DNA of 64,000 nt, from NCBI GenBank assembly GCA_964252075.1, contig CAXULY010000015.1, forward strand, positions 49,957 to 113,956, written 5' to 3'. The position numbers were made by a program, and so were the translations under genes. The notes beneath the pieces were generated by a model. The model was not told the origin of the DNA, ran no database searches, and worked only from the letters and a program-made list of their open reading frames with translations. This DNA comes from an uncultured Deinococcaceae bacterium (GTDB taxonomy: Bacteria > Deinococcota > Deinococci > Deinococcales > Deinococcaceae). Positions 12,366-24,158 of this stretch are shown piece after piece (position 1 is the first letter of the stretch; each line of letters begins with the position of its first letter).

Positions 12366-12510
12366 ACCACGGAAGGGAGGTGATCCAGCTGTTAAATAAA
12401 ATGGTTGGTGGAGGTGTCCGCCGAGGGTAGTACCTCGAGGACTTGAGTACCCCTCAATGTCAGGCGGGTACCGAAGAGAAGGGCGAGCGAGTGCTCGCCC
12501 TTCTTTCTTT
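12366..12510 (+). ncRNA. Candidate structured small RNA with 16S 3'-end-complementary leader
   Basis: TAAAGT -10-like box at 12354-12359; GGAAGGGAGGTGATCCAGCTGT at 12371-12392; stem 12413-12422/12463-12472; terminator 12478-12510; no long ORF. Confidence 0.5.
12478..12510. terminator. Bidirectional Rho-independent terminator
   Basis: GAAGGGCGAGC-GAGT-GCTCGCCCTTC with TTTCTTT on the plus strand; just past the cupin stop on the minus strand. Confidence 0.85.
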
Positions 12511-12516
12511 GCGCCC

Positions 12517-12879
12517 TCAGCGGCGCAGGTAGGCGTCCGTGCCCTCAATCCAGTCCTGGCGCGGCGGGCTGAACACGTCCAGGCCCTCGAAGTCCTCCAG
12601 CACCAGCGCGCGGTGCACGGTGCCGCCCGGAATGACCAGCACCTCGCCCGGCCCGAGGTCCAGTTCGCGCTCGCCGTCCTCACCGAGCCAGAAGCGGATG
12701 CGCCCCTGCGTCACGAGGCTCACCTGCTCGTTCTCGTGCTGGTGCGCCTGCACCACGCACCCCGTCTTGAGCTGCAGGCGCGCCACCATGACCCGCTCGC
12801 CCCACACGAGCTGACGGGCGAAGACGGGCGTCACGTCCTCCACGGGCACGTCGGCCCAGCTGTAATTCTTGGCGTCCAT
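12517..12879 (-). CDS. Cupin-domain protein
   Basis: HQHENEQ...G and PGGTVH cupin motifs. Confidence 0.9.
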   Translation of the reverse strand: MDAKNYSWADVPVEDVTPVFARQLVWGERVMVARLQLKTGCVVQAHQHENEQVSLVTQGRIRFWLGEDGERELDLGPGEVLVIPGGTVHRALVLEDFEGLDVFSPPRQDWIEGTDAYLRR

Positions 12880-13070
12880 GCGTCAGCCTACCGCGCCACC
12901 CGGCAGATTCAAGTGAACGCGGCGTGGGCCTGCACCCAGGGCGCGCAGGCCCACAGCGCCCTCGACCGTGCCGTCCGAGAGGACGCCAACGCGCCCCGTC
13001 ACCCCGACCGGCGCCAGCCGCGGCGCGCCGTCACGCATGTGGGTCGCGACCCTGCCCTAGAATTCCCGCT

Positions 13071-14087
13071 ATGGCCGTTTCGTTGCGGGGTCGCACCGCC
13101 ACCTTCACGCCGCCGCCGGGGGCCGCCGCGCTCACGGGGGACTTCACCGACTGGGAGCGCCCGCGCGCGGTGCCCGTTGTGAGCGGCGCGCCCATCACGC
13201 TCACGCTGCCGCGCGACTCGTGGACCGAGTACGCGTGGCTGGACGCGGGCGGCACGCCCTTCGCGGACCCGGACAACCCGCGGCGCAGCCTGAACCCGTG
13301 GTGGAATTACCCGCGCGCCGTGGAGGTCGGTCGGTACGCCACGCACCCCCTGTGGCAGCAGCCGGAACCGCCCGCGCGCGGCGCGACGCACCGCCTGAGC
13401 TGGGAGGGGCAGGTGTTCCCCGGCACGCGGCGCGTCATCGTGTACACCCCGCCCAACCTGGACGCCCGCAGCGAGCACCCGGTGTACTACGTGCAGGACG
13501 GCGTGGCGTTCTACCGCACCGGCCGACTGGGCGAACTCATGGACCGCGCGCTCGCGGCGGGGCTGGTGTCGCCCGCCGTGCTGGTGTTCGTGGAGCCCGG
13601 CGACCGCTCCGCGGAGTACTACCTGAACGACCGCTACTTGGACTTCCTGCTCTCGGAGGTCCTGCCGCGCGTCGAGGAGGGCTTCCCCGTGCGGCGGGAC
13701 GCGGCAGGACGCGGGGTGTGGGGCGCGAGCCTGGGGGGCCTCATCAGCCTGTACCTGGGGGCGCGCCACCCGGAGCTGTTCAGCACGGTGGTGGCGCACA
13801 GCGGCGCGTTCATCGCGAACCCGGAGGCCGCCGCGCGCGGTGAACCGCAGACGCGCAGCGGCCCGGAGTGGCTGCTGGAGCACCTGCGCGCGCACCCGCC
13901 CCGCCACCTGCGCGTGAGTCTGGACGCGGGCACGCAGGAGTGGCTGTGCGCCCCGAACCGCCGCATGGCGGCCCTCCTGGCGGACCTCGGCGTGGCGCAC
14001 CAGTACCGCGAGTACGCCAGCGGGCACAACTGGGTGACGTGGCGTGGCGCGCTGCCCGAAGCGCTGCTGTTCGTGCAGGGCGTTTGA
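13071..14087 (+). CDS. Putative esterase (Fes-like alpha/beta hydrolase with N-terminal beta domain)
   Basis: GASLGG nucleophile elbow, YVQDG, GHNWVTWR; TAGAAT box 7 nt before ATG 13071. Confidence 0.88.
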   Translation: MAVSLRGRTATFTPPPGAAALTGDFTDWERPRAVPVVSGAPITLTLPRDSWTEYAWLDAGGTPFADPDNPRRSLNPWWNYPRAVEVGRYATHPLWQQPEPPARGATHRLSWEGQVFPGTRRVIVYTPPNLDARSEHPVYYVQDGVAFYRTGRLGELMDRALAAGLVSPAVLVFVEPGDRSAEYYLNDRYLDFLLSEVLPRVEEGFPVRRDAAGRGVWGASLGGLISLYLGARHPELFSTVVAHSGAFIANPEAAARGEPQTRSGPEWLLEHLRAHPPRHLRVSLDAGTQEWLCAPNRRMAALLADLGVAHQYREYASGHNWVTWRGALPEALLFVQGV

Positions 14088-14122
14088 ATGCCGCGCGCCG
14101 CTGCCTCACAATCAGGATCAGC

Positions 14123-15226
14123 ATGCCCCTGTCCTCCCTGCGCTGCCTCCTGCCCGCGCTGCTCCTCGTCAGCACCCCGGCCCACGCCATGACCAGCCAC
14201 GCCGGACCCATCACCCTCACGACCCTTGAGCGCGCCGCAGATTACGCGGGCGCCACGCCGGGCGGCGTGACCGTGACGCCCGCCGGGCCGCTCACCCTTG
14301 CGGCGGGCGCGCGCAGCGGCACCCTGCTGGGCGCCCCGATGGGCGCCGCGCCCTTCGACGAGCTGATTCCCTCATGGAACGCCGACACGCCGCCCGGCAG
14401 CAGCCTCACGGTGGAGGTCCGCGCGCGCGTGGGTGGGCGCTGGACGCGCTACTTCAGTTACGGCACCTGGGCGAGCGGCGAGGCGCCCCGCCGCGCCAGC
14501 CTGGACGGGCAGCAGGACGCGGACGGAAAGATGCTCACCGACACCCTGCGCCTCACGCGCAAGGCGGACGCCTACCAGTACCGCCTCACGCTGCGCGCCG
14601 CGGCGGGCGGCGCGGCGCCCACCGTGCGCCTGCTGGCCTTCACCGCCAGCGACCGCGCCGCGCGCGCGGCGTCCGCGGGCCGCGCGGGGGACCGCGCCGT
14701 GTGGGGCACCGTGCTGAAGGTGCCGCAGCGCTCGCAGATGCTGTACCCGAACGGCGGCGAGGTGTGGTGCAGCCCCACCAGCACCAGCATGATCATGGCG
14801 TACTGGGGCAAGAACGTGACGGTGCCGGACGCCGCGAAAGGCACCTTCGACGCGGTGTACGACGGCACCGGCAACTGGCCCTTCAACGCCGCGTACGCCG
14901 GCAGTTTCGGGCTGCGCGCCTACGCCACGCGCCTCACGAGCCTCGCGGACGCCGAGCGCTTCATCGCGCGCGGCGTGCCGCTCGCGGTCAGTGCGGGCTG
15001 GAAGAAAGGCGAGCTGAAGGGCGCGAGCGTCGCGAGCACGGACGGGCACCTGATGGTGCTGGTCGGCTTCGACACGTCGGGCAACCCCGTGCTGAACGAC
15101 CCGGCGGGCCAAACGGACCCCGAGGTGCGGCGCACTTACGACCGCGCGACCTTCGAGCGCCTGTGGCTCACGCACTCCGGGGGGCTCGTGTACGTCATCG
15201 CGCCGCAGGGACAGGCGCTGCCGTGA
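14123..15226 (+). CDS. Secreted peptidase C39-like family protein
   Basis: Signal peptide; RSQM...WCSPTS (catalytic Cys), GHLMVLVGF, LNDPA. Confidence 0.85.
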   Translation: MPLSSLRCLLPALLLVSTPAHAMTSHAGPITLTTLERAADYAGATPGGVTVTPAGPLTLAAGARSGTLLGAPMGAAPFDELIPSWNADTPPGSSLTVEVRARVGGRWTRYFSYGTWASGEAPRRASLDGQQDADGKMLTDTLRLTRKADAYQYRLTLRAAAGGAAPTVRLLAFTASDRAARAASAGRAGDRAVWGTVLKVPQRSQMLYPNGGEVWCSPTSTSMIMAYWGKNVTVPDAAKGTFDAVYDGTGNWPFNAAYAGSFGLRAYATRLTSLADAERFIARGVPLAVSAGWKKGELKGASVASTDGHLMVLVGFDTSGNPVLNDPAGQTDPEVRRTYDRATFERLWLTHSGGLVYVIAPQGQALP

Positions 15227-15702
15227 CCCGCGCGGGCGCCGTCACCCTGCGCCCCGCACGGCCGGGGGAGGCGGCGGACCTCACGGCGCTGGCCCTGCAG
15301 TCCAAGGCGCACTGGGGGTACGACGCGGCCTTCATGGCCGCCTGCCGCGACGACCTGACCGTGCGCGCGGACGACGTGCGCGCCCACCCCTGCACCGTCG
15401 CGGCGGGCGGCGGGCGGGTGCTGGGTTTCTGCAGCCTGCGCGCCCGCGCGGACGGGGATCAGCAGCTGGAGCACCTGTTCGTCGCGCCGGACGCCATGGG
15501 CCTGGGCGTGGGGCGGGCGCTGTGGGACGCGGCGGTGCGCGCGGCGCGCGAGGTGGGCGCCGCCGCCCTGTGGCTGGACAGCGACCCGTACGCCGAGGCG
15601 TTCTACCTGAAGATGGGCGCCCGCCGGGTGGGGGAGGCGCCGTCGACCGCCATTCCCGGGCGCGTGCTGCCGCTGCTGCGCGCGGACCTGCGGGCGACCT
15701 GA
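15223..15702 (+). CDS. GNAT N-acetyltransferase
   Basis: SKAHWGY, LFVAPDAMGLGVGRAL, DPYAEAFYLKMG; GTG start overlaps the upstream stop. Confidence 0.9.
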   Translation: MTRAGAVTLRPARPGEAADLTALALQSKAHWGYDAAFMAACRDDLTVRADDVRAHPCTVAAGGGRVLGFCSLRARADGDQQLEHLFVAPDAMGLGVGRALWDAAVRAAREVGAAALWLDSDPYAEAFYLKMGARRVGEAPSTAIPGRVLPLLRADLRAT

Positions 15703-15705
15703 GCC

Positions 15706-16506
15706 GTGCACTTCCCGTTCACGTGCCCGGTCTGTCACGCGGAGACCGCCGTGGAGTACAGCGACAGCGGCATGCACGCGCACACCTGCCGCTGCGGGCG
15801 CCCGTACGCCGTGTACCTGCGGCAGCACAAGTACGAGACGCTCTTCGATTTCGGCACGCGCGCGCTGAGTGACGGGTACGCCCGCGAGGCCGCCGCGAAC
15901 TTCGCGAGCGCGCTGGAGCGCTGCTTCGAGTTCTACCTGCGCGCCGCCGTGCTGGAGCGCGGGGGCGGGAACGCGCCCGCGTGGGTGCAGGCGCTGGACG
16001 CCACGTGGCGGCACGTGGACCGGCAGTCCGAGCGGCAGCTGGGCGCCTTCGCGCTGCTGTACCTCACCCGGCAGGGGCACCCGCCGGACTTCCTGACGCC
16101 GCAGGCGCTCGGCACGGACTTCAGGAACCGCGTGGTGCACCGCGGGTACATTCCCAGCCGCGAGGAGGCCCTGCGCTATGCGGAGGGCGTGTTTCGCATC
16201 ATCGAGCGGGTGCTGCGCGAGCTGGGCAGCGCCAGCGTGTACGCGCAGCGCGAGCAGGAGGACGCCTACCTCGCGCACCGCGCGGCGCTCCCGGCGGACG
16301 TCACGCCGGTCTTCATGGACCTGCCAGGCGTGTTCCGCGCGTGGCGTTTCGCGGGTGGGCCGGGCCTGCAGCTCAGCGCGGCCCTCGGCGGTGTGGAGGC
16401 GCGCGCCGAGGCGGGCGCGGCGCGCAATGACGCGCGCAGCTTCCAGGCGCGCCTGAATGAGACGGACATCGGGCGGCTGTTCGCGAAGCAGCCCGACCGC
16501 AGCTGA
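15706..16506 (+). CDS. Hypothetical protein: N-terminal Zn-ribbon plus HEPN-like domain
   Basis: CPVC...CRC at the N-terminus; helical region with ALERCFE and RNRVVH (Rx4H). Confidence 0.6.
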   Translation: MHFPFTCPVCHAETAVEYSDSGMHAHTCRCGRPYAVYLRQHKYETLFDFGTRALSDGYAREAAANFASALERCFEFYLRAAVLERGGGNAPAWVQALDATWRHVDRQSERQLGAFALLYLTRQGHPPDFLTPQALGTDFRNRVVHRGYIPSREEALRYAEGVFRIIERVLRELGSASVYAQREQEDAYLAHRAALPADVTPVFMDLPGVFRAWRFAGGPGLQLSAALGGVEARAEAGAARNDARSFQARLNETDIGRLFAKQPDRS

Positions 16507-16508
16507 AA

Positions 16509-16533
16509 CGCCCCCGCCGCTCCGGCGGGGGCG
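16509..16533. terminator. Hairpin between convergent genes
   Basis: CGCCCCCGCCG-CTC-CGGCGGGGGCG. Confidence 0.6.
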
Positions 16534-16539
16534 CGGGGA

Positions 16540-17448
16540 TTACAGGCTGGCTTTCAGGTGGGGGTTCAGCAGCAGGCGCAGGCGGTCCCGCACGCGCTTG
16601 TACAGGGCGGGCGCGTGGTGCCGCGCGAAGTCCAGCGTGGCCACCTCGCTGCCCACGTCGAAGCCGTAGCGTTCCGTGAGGAAGTACCGGTGGTCCATGA
16701 TCCACAGGTACAGGTCACCCTCCGTGCGGCCGGGGAAGCGGTGCATGACGTCGTGCCGCTCGATTTCGTCCGCGATGCGGCTGTACAGGCGGCGGTACCA
16801 GCTCTCGACCGCTTCGTCCCAGCTCACGTCCCGCTGGTGCTTCTGACCCAGGTAGTACTGCCGCGTGCGGATGTGGTCGAGCAGCATGTCGTAGCGGCCC
16901 GGCGTGGTGAACACGATGGGGCGGTGGTCGGGGATGAGGGTGTCGAGGCCCGTGACCTTCAGGAAGCGCGCGTACTCGCCCTTGATGATGAGGTCCTTGA
17001 GGGTGTCGCCCGGCTCGGGCGGCACCGTGACGTGCAGCTGGATGACGTGCGCGTCAATGAATTTCTGGCCGTTGCGGCGCGCGACGGACACGCGGTGGTT
17101 GCCGTCCTTGACGAAGTACACGCCGCCCACCTGGTACACCTGGATGGGGGGCAGTTCCTTGCCGTTCAGCTGCGCGCTGCGCACGCCGATCCAGCGTTCG
17201 TCGAGGTACTCCTCCTTGGGGAGGTAGTAGCGGTCGAACTCGCGGTAGCGGTCCACCGACCCGATGATGGCGTCCAGCGGGATGCTCTGCACGCCCGCCG
17301 AGGCTTCGCCGTCGGGGTCGAGGTGGCGCACCCAGTCGAAGGGGATGAGCTGGTTGGGCACCCGTTGCAGGATGCCCAGGAGGTCGTGGACGCCCGCCAC
17401 GAAGCGGGCGCGTTCCACTTCCGCTCTGGCTTGGTCGTGACTCCTCAT
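16540..17448 (-). CDS. ParB/Srx-like N-terminal domain plus DUF4032-like protein
   Basis: IPLDAIIGSV, LPPIQVYQVGGVYFVKDGNHRVSVAR, FPGRTEGDLYLWIMDHR. Confidence 0.75.
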   Translation of the reverse strand: MRSHDQARAEVERARFVAGVHDLLGILQRVPNQLIPFDWVRHLDPDGEASAGVQSIPLDAIIGSVDRYREFDRYYLPKEEYLDERWIGVRSAQLNGKELPPIQVYQVGGVYFVKDGNHRVSVARRNGQKFIDAHVIQLHVTVPPEPGDTLKDLIIKGEYARFLKVTGLDTLIPDHRPIVFTTPGRYDMLLDHIRTRQYYLGQKHQRDVSWDEAVESWYRRLYSRIADEIERHDVMHRFPGRTEGDLYLWIMDHRYFLTERYGFDVGSEVATLDFARHHAPALYKRVRDRLRLLLNPHLKASL

Positions 17449-17642
17449 ACAAGAACCTCGCGGTGCGATAACGCGGCGGTCGGGGGGAGCCCGGCGCCAA
17501 CATCAGTATACCACTTTGTGTCCAGCGTACACGAATAAATGTCCCGTCTCATGCTCTCCCCATTCGGTCAGGGCGCCATCAGTGCAGCGCCAAGGTGCGC
17601 CAGCCCACGACTGTGCCCACCAACAGGATGTCAAACTCAGCC

Positions 17643-18242
<600 letters not shown>

Positions 18243-18261
18243 CCCCCCACGCACCGCAGGC

Positions 18262-18594
18262 ATGACGACCGTGTACGAAGTGGTGGCCTACTACCAGGAG
18301 CGGCGCCAGCGCGAGGCGCTGGCGCTCGCCACCCGCAAGGGCCACCTGGAGGCCTTCGCGCACGCGCACGGCCTCCAGGTGGCGCGCAGCTTCAGCGGCC
18401 CCGAGGGCAGCGACGCCTTCACGCAGGCGGTCGCGCTGTCCCGCGCGCTCGGCAGCCTGCTGCTCGTCACCACGGACAGCGGCGACGAACAGGACATCCG
18501 GCTCATGATGAACCTCACGCGCCTCGGCGTGCACTTCATGGCGGTGCGCATCGAGAAGACGACCGTCACCCCGTGGCCGGACGCGCGGCACTGA
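18262..18594 (+). CDS. Small hypothetical protein, degenerate serine-resolvase-like catalytic fold
   Basis: VVAYYQ...L...KGHLEAFAHAHGLQVARSF...LGVHFMAV pattern. Confidence 0.55.
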   Translation: MTTVYEVVAYYQERRQREALALATRKGHLEAFAHAHGLQVARSFSGPEGSDAFTQAVALSRALGSLLLVTTDSGDEQDIRLMMNLTRLGVHFMAVRIEKTTVTPWPDARH

Positions 18595-18606
18595 GCGCCG
18601 CGCGGC

Positions 18607-18945
18607 TCAGGACGACGCGTAATCGTTGAAGAACGAGTACAGCGCCTGATTGGAGCTCTGCGCGGAGATGAAGTTTGCGCCCTCCGCGTTCAGGACCGCC
18701 ACCACCTGCTCGAAGTCATCCACGTGATCGAGCAGCACGAACACCCCGTGCCGGATGGCGTGCCGCGCCGCCGTCCGCAGGCCCTCCACGCCTTCCGTGC
18801 CCCGGTCCTCGAAACGCGCGATCTCCTCGATGCTGTGCAGCGCGCTGAACGCCAGGATATGCTCCAGCTGCACGTCCAGCGTCAACTCCTGGCGGTCCTT
18901 TGGCGTCACGCGCAGGTACACCACCGCTTGGCGCGCGGCGGCCAT
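18607..18945 (-). CDS. Small serine-recombinase-like (resolvase N-terminal) domain protein lacking the catalytic Ser
   Basis: AVVYLRVT...Q..TLDVQLEHI...EEIARFED...GANFISA; ATG overlaps the response regulator stop (TGATG). Confidence 0.7.
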   Translation of the reverse strand: MAAARQAVVYLRVTPKDRQELTLDVQLEHILAFSALHSIEEIARFEDRGTEGVEGLRTAARHAIRHGVFVLLDHVDDFEQVVAVLNAEGANFISAQSSNQALYSFFNDYASS

Positions 18946-19397
18946 CAGCGGGGCTCCACGAAGACCGTGGATGCGGCGGGCGGCAGGTACACCTCGTTGG
19001 CGTCCAGCCAGAAGGCCCGCAGCGCGCGCGCGACATCCAGAAAGCCGGGCAGGCCGCTGGGCTTCACCACGTAGCCGTTCGCGCCGCTGCGATAGCAGCG
19101 CTCCAGATCCACGTTCTCCCGCGAGGTGGTGAGCATCACCACGGGCGTCATGGCGTACCGCGGCTCGCGCCGCAGCGCCAGCAGCGTCTGCACGCCGCTC
19201 AGGCCGGACATGTTGAGGTCCAGCAGGATCAGGCTGGGGTCGCTGCCCACCGGCCACGCCCGCAGGGCCGCGAGCAGATCGTCGCCGCTCTGCAGGGTGT
19301 GCAGCTGCGCGGGCGCCAGGCCGGCGGCCCTGAAGGCGTGCTGGGCCAGTTCGAGGTCAGCCGGGCTGTCGTCTACCAGAACGATGTGTTTGCGCAC
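18945..19397 (-). CDS. Stand-alone response regulator receiver (Rcp1-like)
   Basis: LVDDSPAD, LILLDLNM, VVMLTTS, GANGYVVKP. Confidence 0.92.
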   Translation of the reverse strand: MRKHIVLVDDSPADLELAQHAFRAAGLAPAQLHTLQSGDDLLAALRAWPVGSDPSLILLDLNMSGLSGVQTLLALRREPRYAMTPVVMLTTSRENVDLERCYRSGANGYVVKPSGLPGFLDVARALRAFWLDANEVYLPPAASTVFVEPR

Positions 19398-19544
19398 GTG
19401 CACAGCCCTCCGCGGCCAGTTCTTCATGAAGCCCGCAACCCACTAGATTCTCATGCGCGGACTGGACCTTCATTATAAGGCAGCGCTGAGAGTGGCGCGC
19501 GCCGCCGTCTGGAGTGCCTCCCACCCGCCCGCTATACTCACCAG

Positions 19545-22241
<2,697 letters not shown>

Positions 22242-22252
22242 AGAACCGGCTG

Positions 22253-22286
22253 GAAGGGGGCGGGGCGCACGCGCCCCGCCCCCTTC
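22253..22286 (+). terminator. Hairpin terminator after alaS
   Basis: GAAGGGGGCGGGGCGC-AC-GCGCCCCGCCCCCTTC. Confidence 0.7.
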
Positions 22287-22323
22287 GCCATGGGGCCCGA
22301 GACCCCGCTTGTTACACTCGCTC

Positions 22324-23232
22324 ATGGCTCCAGAACTGCTGTCCCTGGCGCCCGGCGTGCAGTACCTGCCGGGCGCCGTGAATTCCGTGGTGGTCGAGGA
22401 CGGGCGCGGCGGCGCGCTGGTGGTGGACACCGGCCTGGACGAGTCGCACGCCCGCAAGTTGCTGCGCGCGATGGAGGCGAAGGGACTCACGCCGGGCGCC
22501 ATCCTGAACACGCACAGCCACGCCGACCACGTGGGCGGGAACGCCTTCCTGGTGAAGCGCTTTCCGGACCTGAAGGTGTTCGCGCCGCCCTTGGAGGACG
22601 CCATCATCCGCTCGCCGGTGCTGGAGCCCATCTACCTGTTCGGCGCACGCCCCCCGCGCGCCCTGCAGAACAAGTTCCTGATGGCCGCGCCGAGCCCCGC
22701 GCGCCTCGCGCCGGAGCCGGGCCTCACGCGCCTCGCGGGTGTGGAGGTGGAACTCATCGAGGTGGCGGGGCACGCCAGCCTGATGTTCGCCGTGCGGGTG
22801 GGGGAGGTGCTGTACGCCGCGGACGCGCTGTTCGGCCCGGCGGCACTCGCGCGCCACCCGCTGACCTTCTGCATGGACAGTGCCCTGCAGAAGGAGAGCG
22901 CCGCGAAACTCGCGGCGCTGGAGGGCGTGCGCGTCACGCTGCCCGGCCATGGTGACTCCACGGACGACCTGGGCGCGCTCGTGCAGGTGAACCTCGACGC
23001 CTACGCCCGCACCACCGAAGTCGTGCGCGAGGCGGTCCGCACGCCTGGCACGGTGGATGAGGTGCTGCGGCGCGTGACGCTCGCGCTCGGCCTGGAGGTG
23101 CGCGAGGCGGGCGCCGCGCTCCTGAACCGCAGCGTGGTGAGCGCGCACCTCGTGGAGCTGCTGGAGCGAGACGAGGCCGCCCTGGAGGTGCAGGACGGCG
23201 TGCCGGTGTTCCACGCGCGCCCTGCACCTTAA
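22324..23232 (+). CDS. MBL-fold metallo-hydrolase
   Basis: VDTG, THSHADHVGG, GH, LPGHG. Confidence 0.9.
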   Translation: MAPELLSLAPGVQYLPGAVNSVVVEDGRGGALVVDTGLDESHARKLLRAMEAKGLTPGAILNTHSHADHVGGNAFLVKRFPDLKVFAPPLEDAIIRSPVLEPIYLFGARPPRALQNKFLMAAPSPARLAPEPGLTRLAGVEVELIEVAGHASLMFAVRVGEVLYAADALFGPAALARHPLTFCMDSALQKESAAKLAALEGVRVTLPGHGDSTDDLGALVQVNLDAYARTTEVVREAVRTPGTVDEVLRRVTLALGLEVREAGAALLNRSVVSAHLVELLERDEAALEVQDGVPVFHARPAP

Positions 23233-23289
23233 AGAAGGGCTTACGCGGTCATCATGTGGCCCGCGCCGCGCCGGGCGTACCTTGGGCGC

Positions 23290-24096
23290 ATGACGAAATC
23301 CAGCCAGAACAGCCGGACCACGCGCAGCAAGGCCGGGAGCAGCAAGGCGGGCGGCGAGGCGGCGGACGCCACCCCGAAAGTGGACGTGACGGCCGCGGCG
23401 CCCAAGCGCGGCGGGCGCCGCGCGAACAACGGAGCCGCCCAGAACGCGGACGCGGCGGCCCTCCCGACCTCCAGCGCGGACCAGGACGCGGCGCTGCAGG
23501 CCAGCGGCGGCGCGACCGACGCGGCGACCGAGGCGCAGGACAACCCCGTCGGGAAGACGGACGCGGCGCACCAGCAGGGCCAGCGGGGCACCGAGGCGCA
23601 GTTCGCGCAGCTGATCAACCACAGCTACCTGACGGAGGAGGGCTTCGACACCGTCGCGGAGACTCTGCAACGCAACGTGGCGACCACCATCAGCCTGTAC
23701 CTGAAGCTCAAGAAGTTCCACTGGGACATCCGCGGGCGGCACTTCCGCGAGCTGCACCTCGCGTACGACGACTTCATTGCGAAGATCTTCCCGAGCATTG
23801 ATGAGCAGGCCGAGCGCCTCGTGATGCTGGGCGGCAGCCCCGTCTCCGCGCCGAGCGACCTTGAGAAGTACAGCGTGGTGCAGGTGCCCACCGAGACCAT
23901 TCACGACGCGCGCGAGCAGCTGACCGCGCTGGTGGACGACTTCACGCGCGTCGCGCGCAGCTACCGCGACGACAGCAACGCCGTGGATGACGCGGGCGAC
24001 CCCGCCACGTCCGACATGTACAACGCCATCCTGCTCGTCATGGACGAGGTCCGCTGGATGACGCAGGCGATGCTCGACGACCGCCGCATGGACTGA
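23290..24096 (+). CDS. dps: DNA starvation/stationary phase protection protein Dps (Deinococcus Dps1 type, long N-terminal tail)
   Basis: TLQRNVATTISLYLKLKKFHWDIRGRHFRELHLAYD...DEQAERL ferroxidase signature. Confidence 0.93.
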   Translation: MTKSSQNSRTTRSKAGSSKAGGEAADATPKVDVTAAAPKRGGRRANNGAAQNADAAALPTSSADQDAALQASGGATDAATEAQDNPVGKTDAAHQQGQRGTEAQFAQLINHSYLTEEGFDTVAETLQRNVATTISLYLKLKKFHWDIRGRHFRELHLAYDDFIAKIFPSIDEQAERLVMLGGSPVSAPSDLEKYSVVQVPTETIHDAREQLTALVDDFTRVARSYRDDSNAVDDAGDPATSDMYNAILLVMDEVRWMTQAMLDDRRMD

Positions 24097-24158
24097 GGGA
24101 CGCGCGTGCACGGGGCCGCTGGTGTTAGCGGCCCCGCCGCATCTCTCCCCACCCCACC

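Noticed and set aside
12371..12392. 16S rRNA gene fragment (matches the 16S 3' terminus on the minus strand)
   Set aside because: Similarity is limited to about 22 nt with no flanking rRNA sequence; treated as a complementary motif, not an rRNA gene.
18607..18945. Active resolvase marking a mobile element
   Set aside because: Catalytic Ser replaced, no DNA-binding domain, and no terminal repeats or GC shift nearby.
19430..19544. T-box leader upstream of alaS
   Set aside because: TATACT box 6 nt before ATG indicates a leaderless transcript; no T-box consensus.
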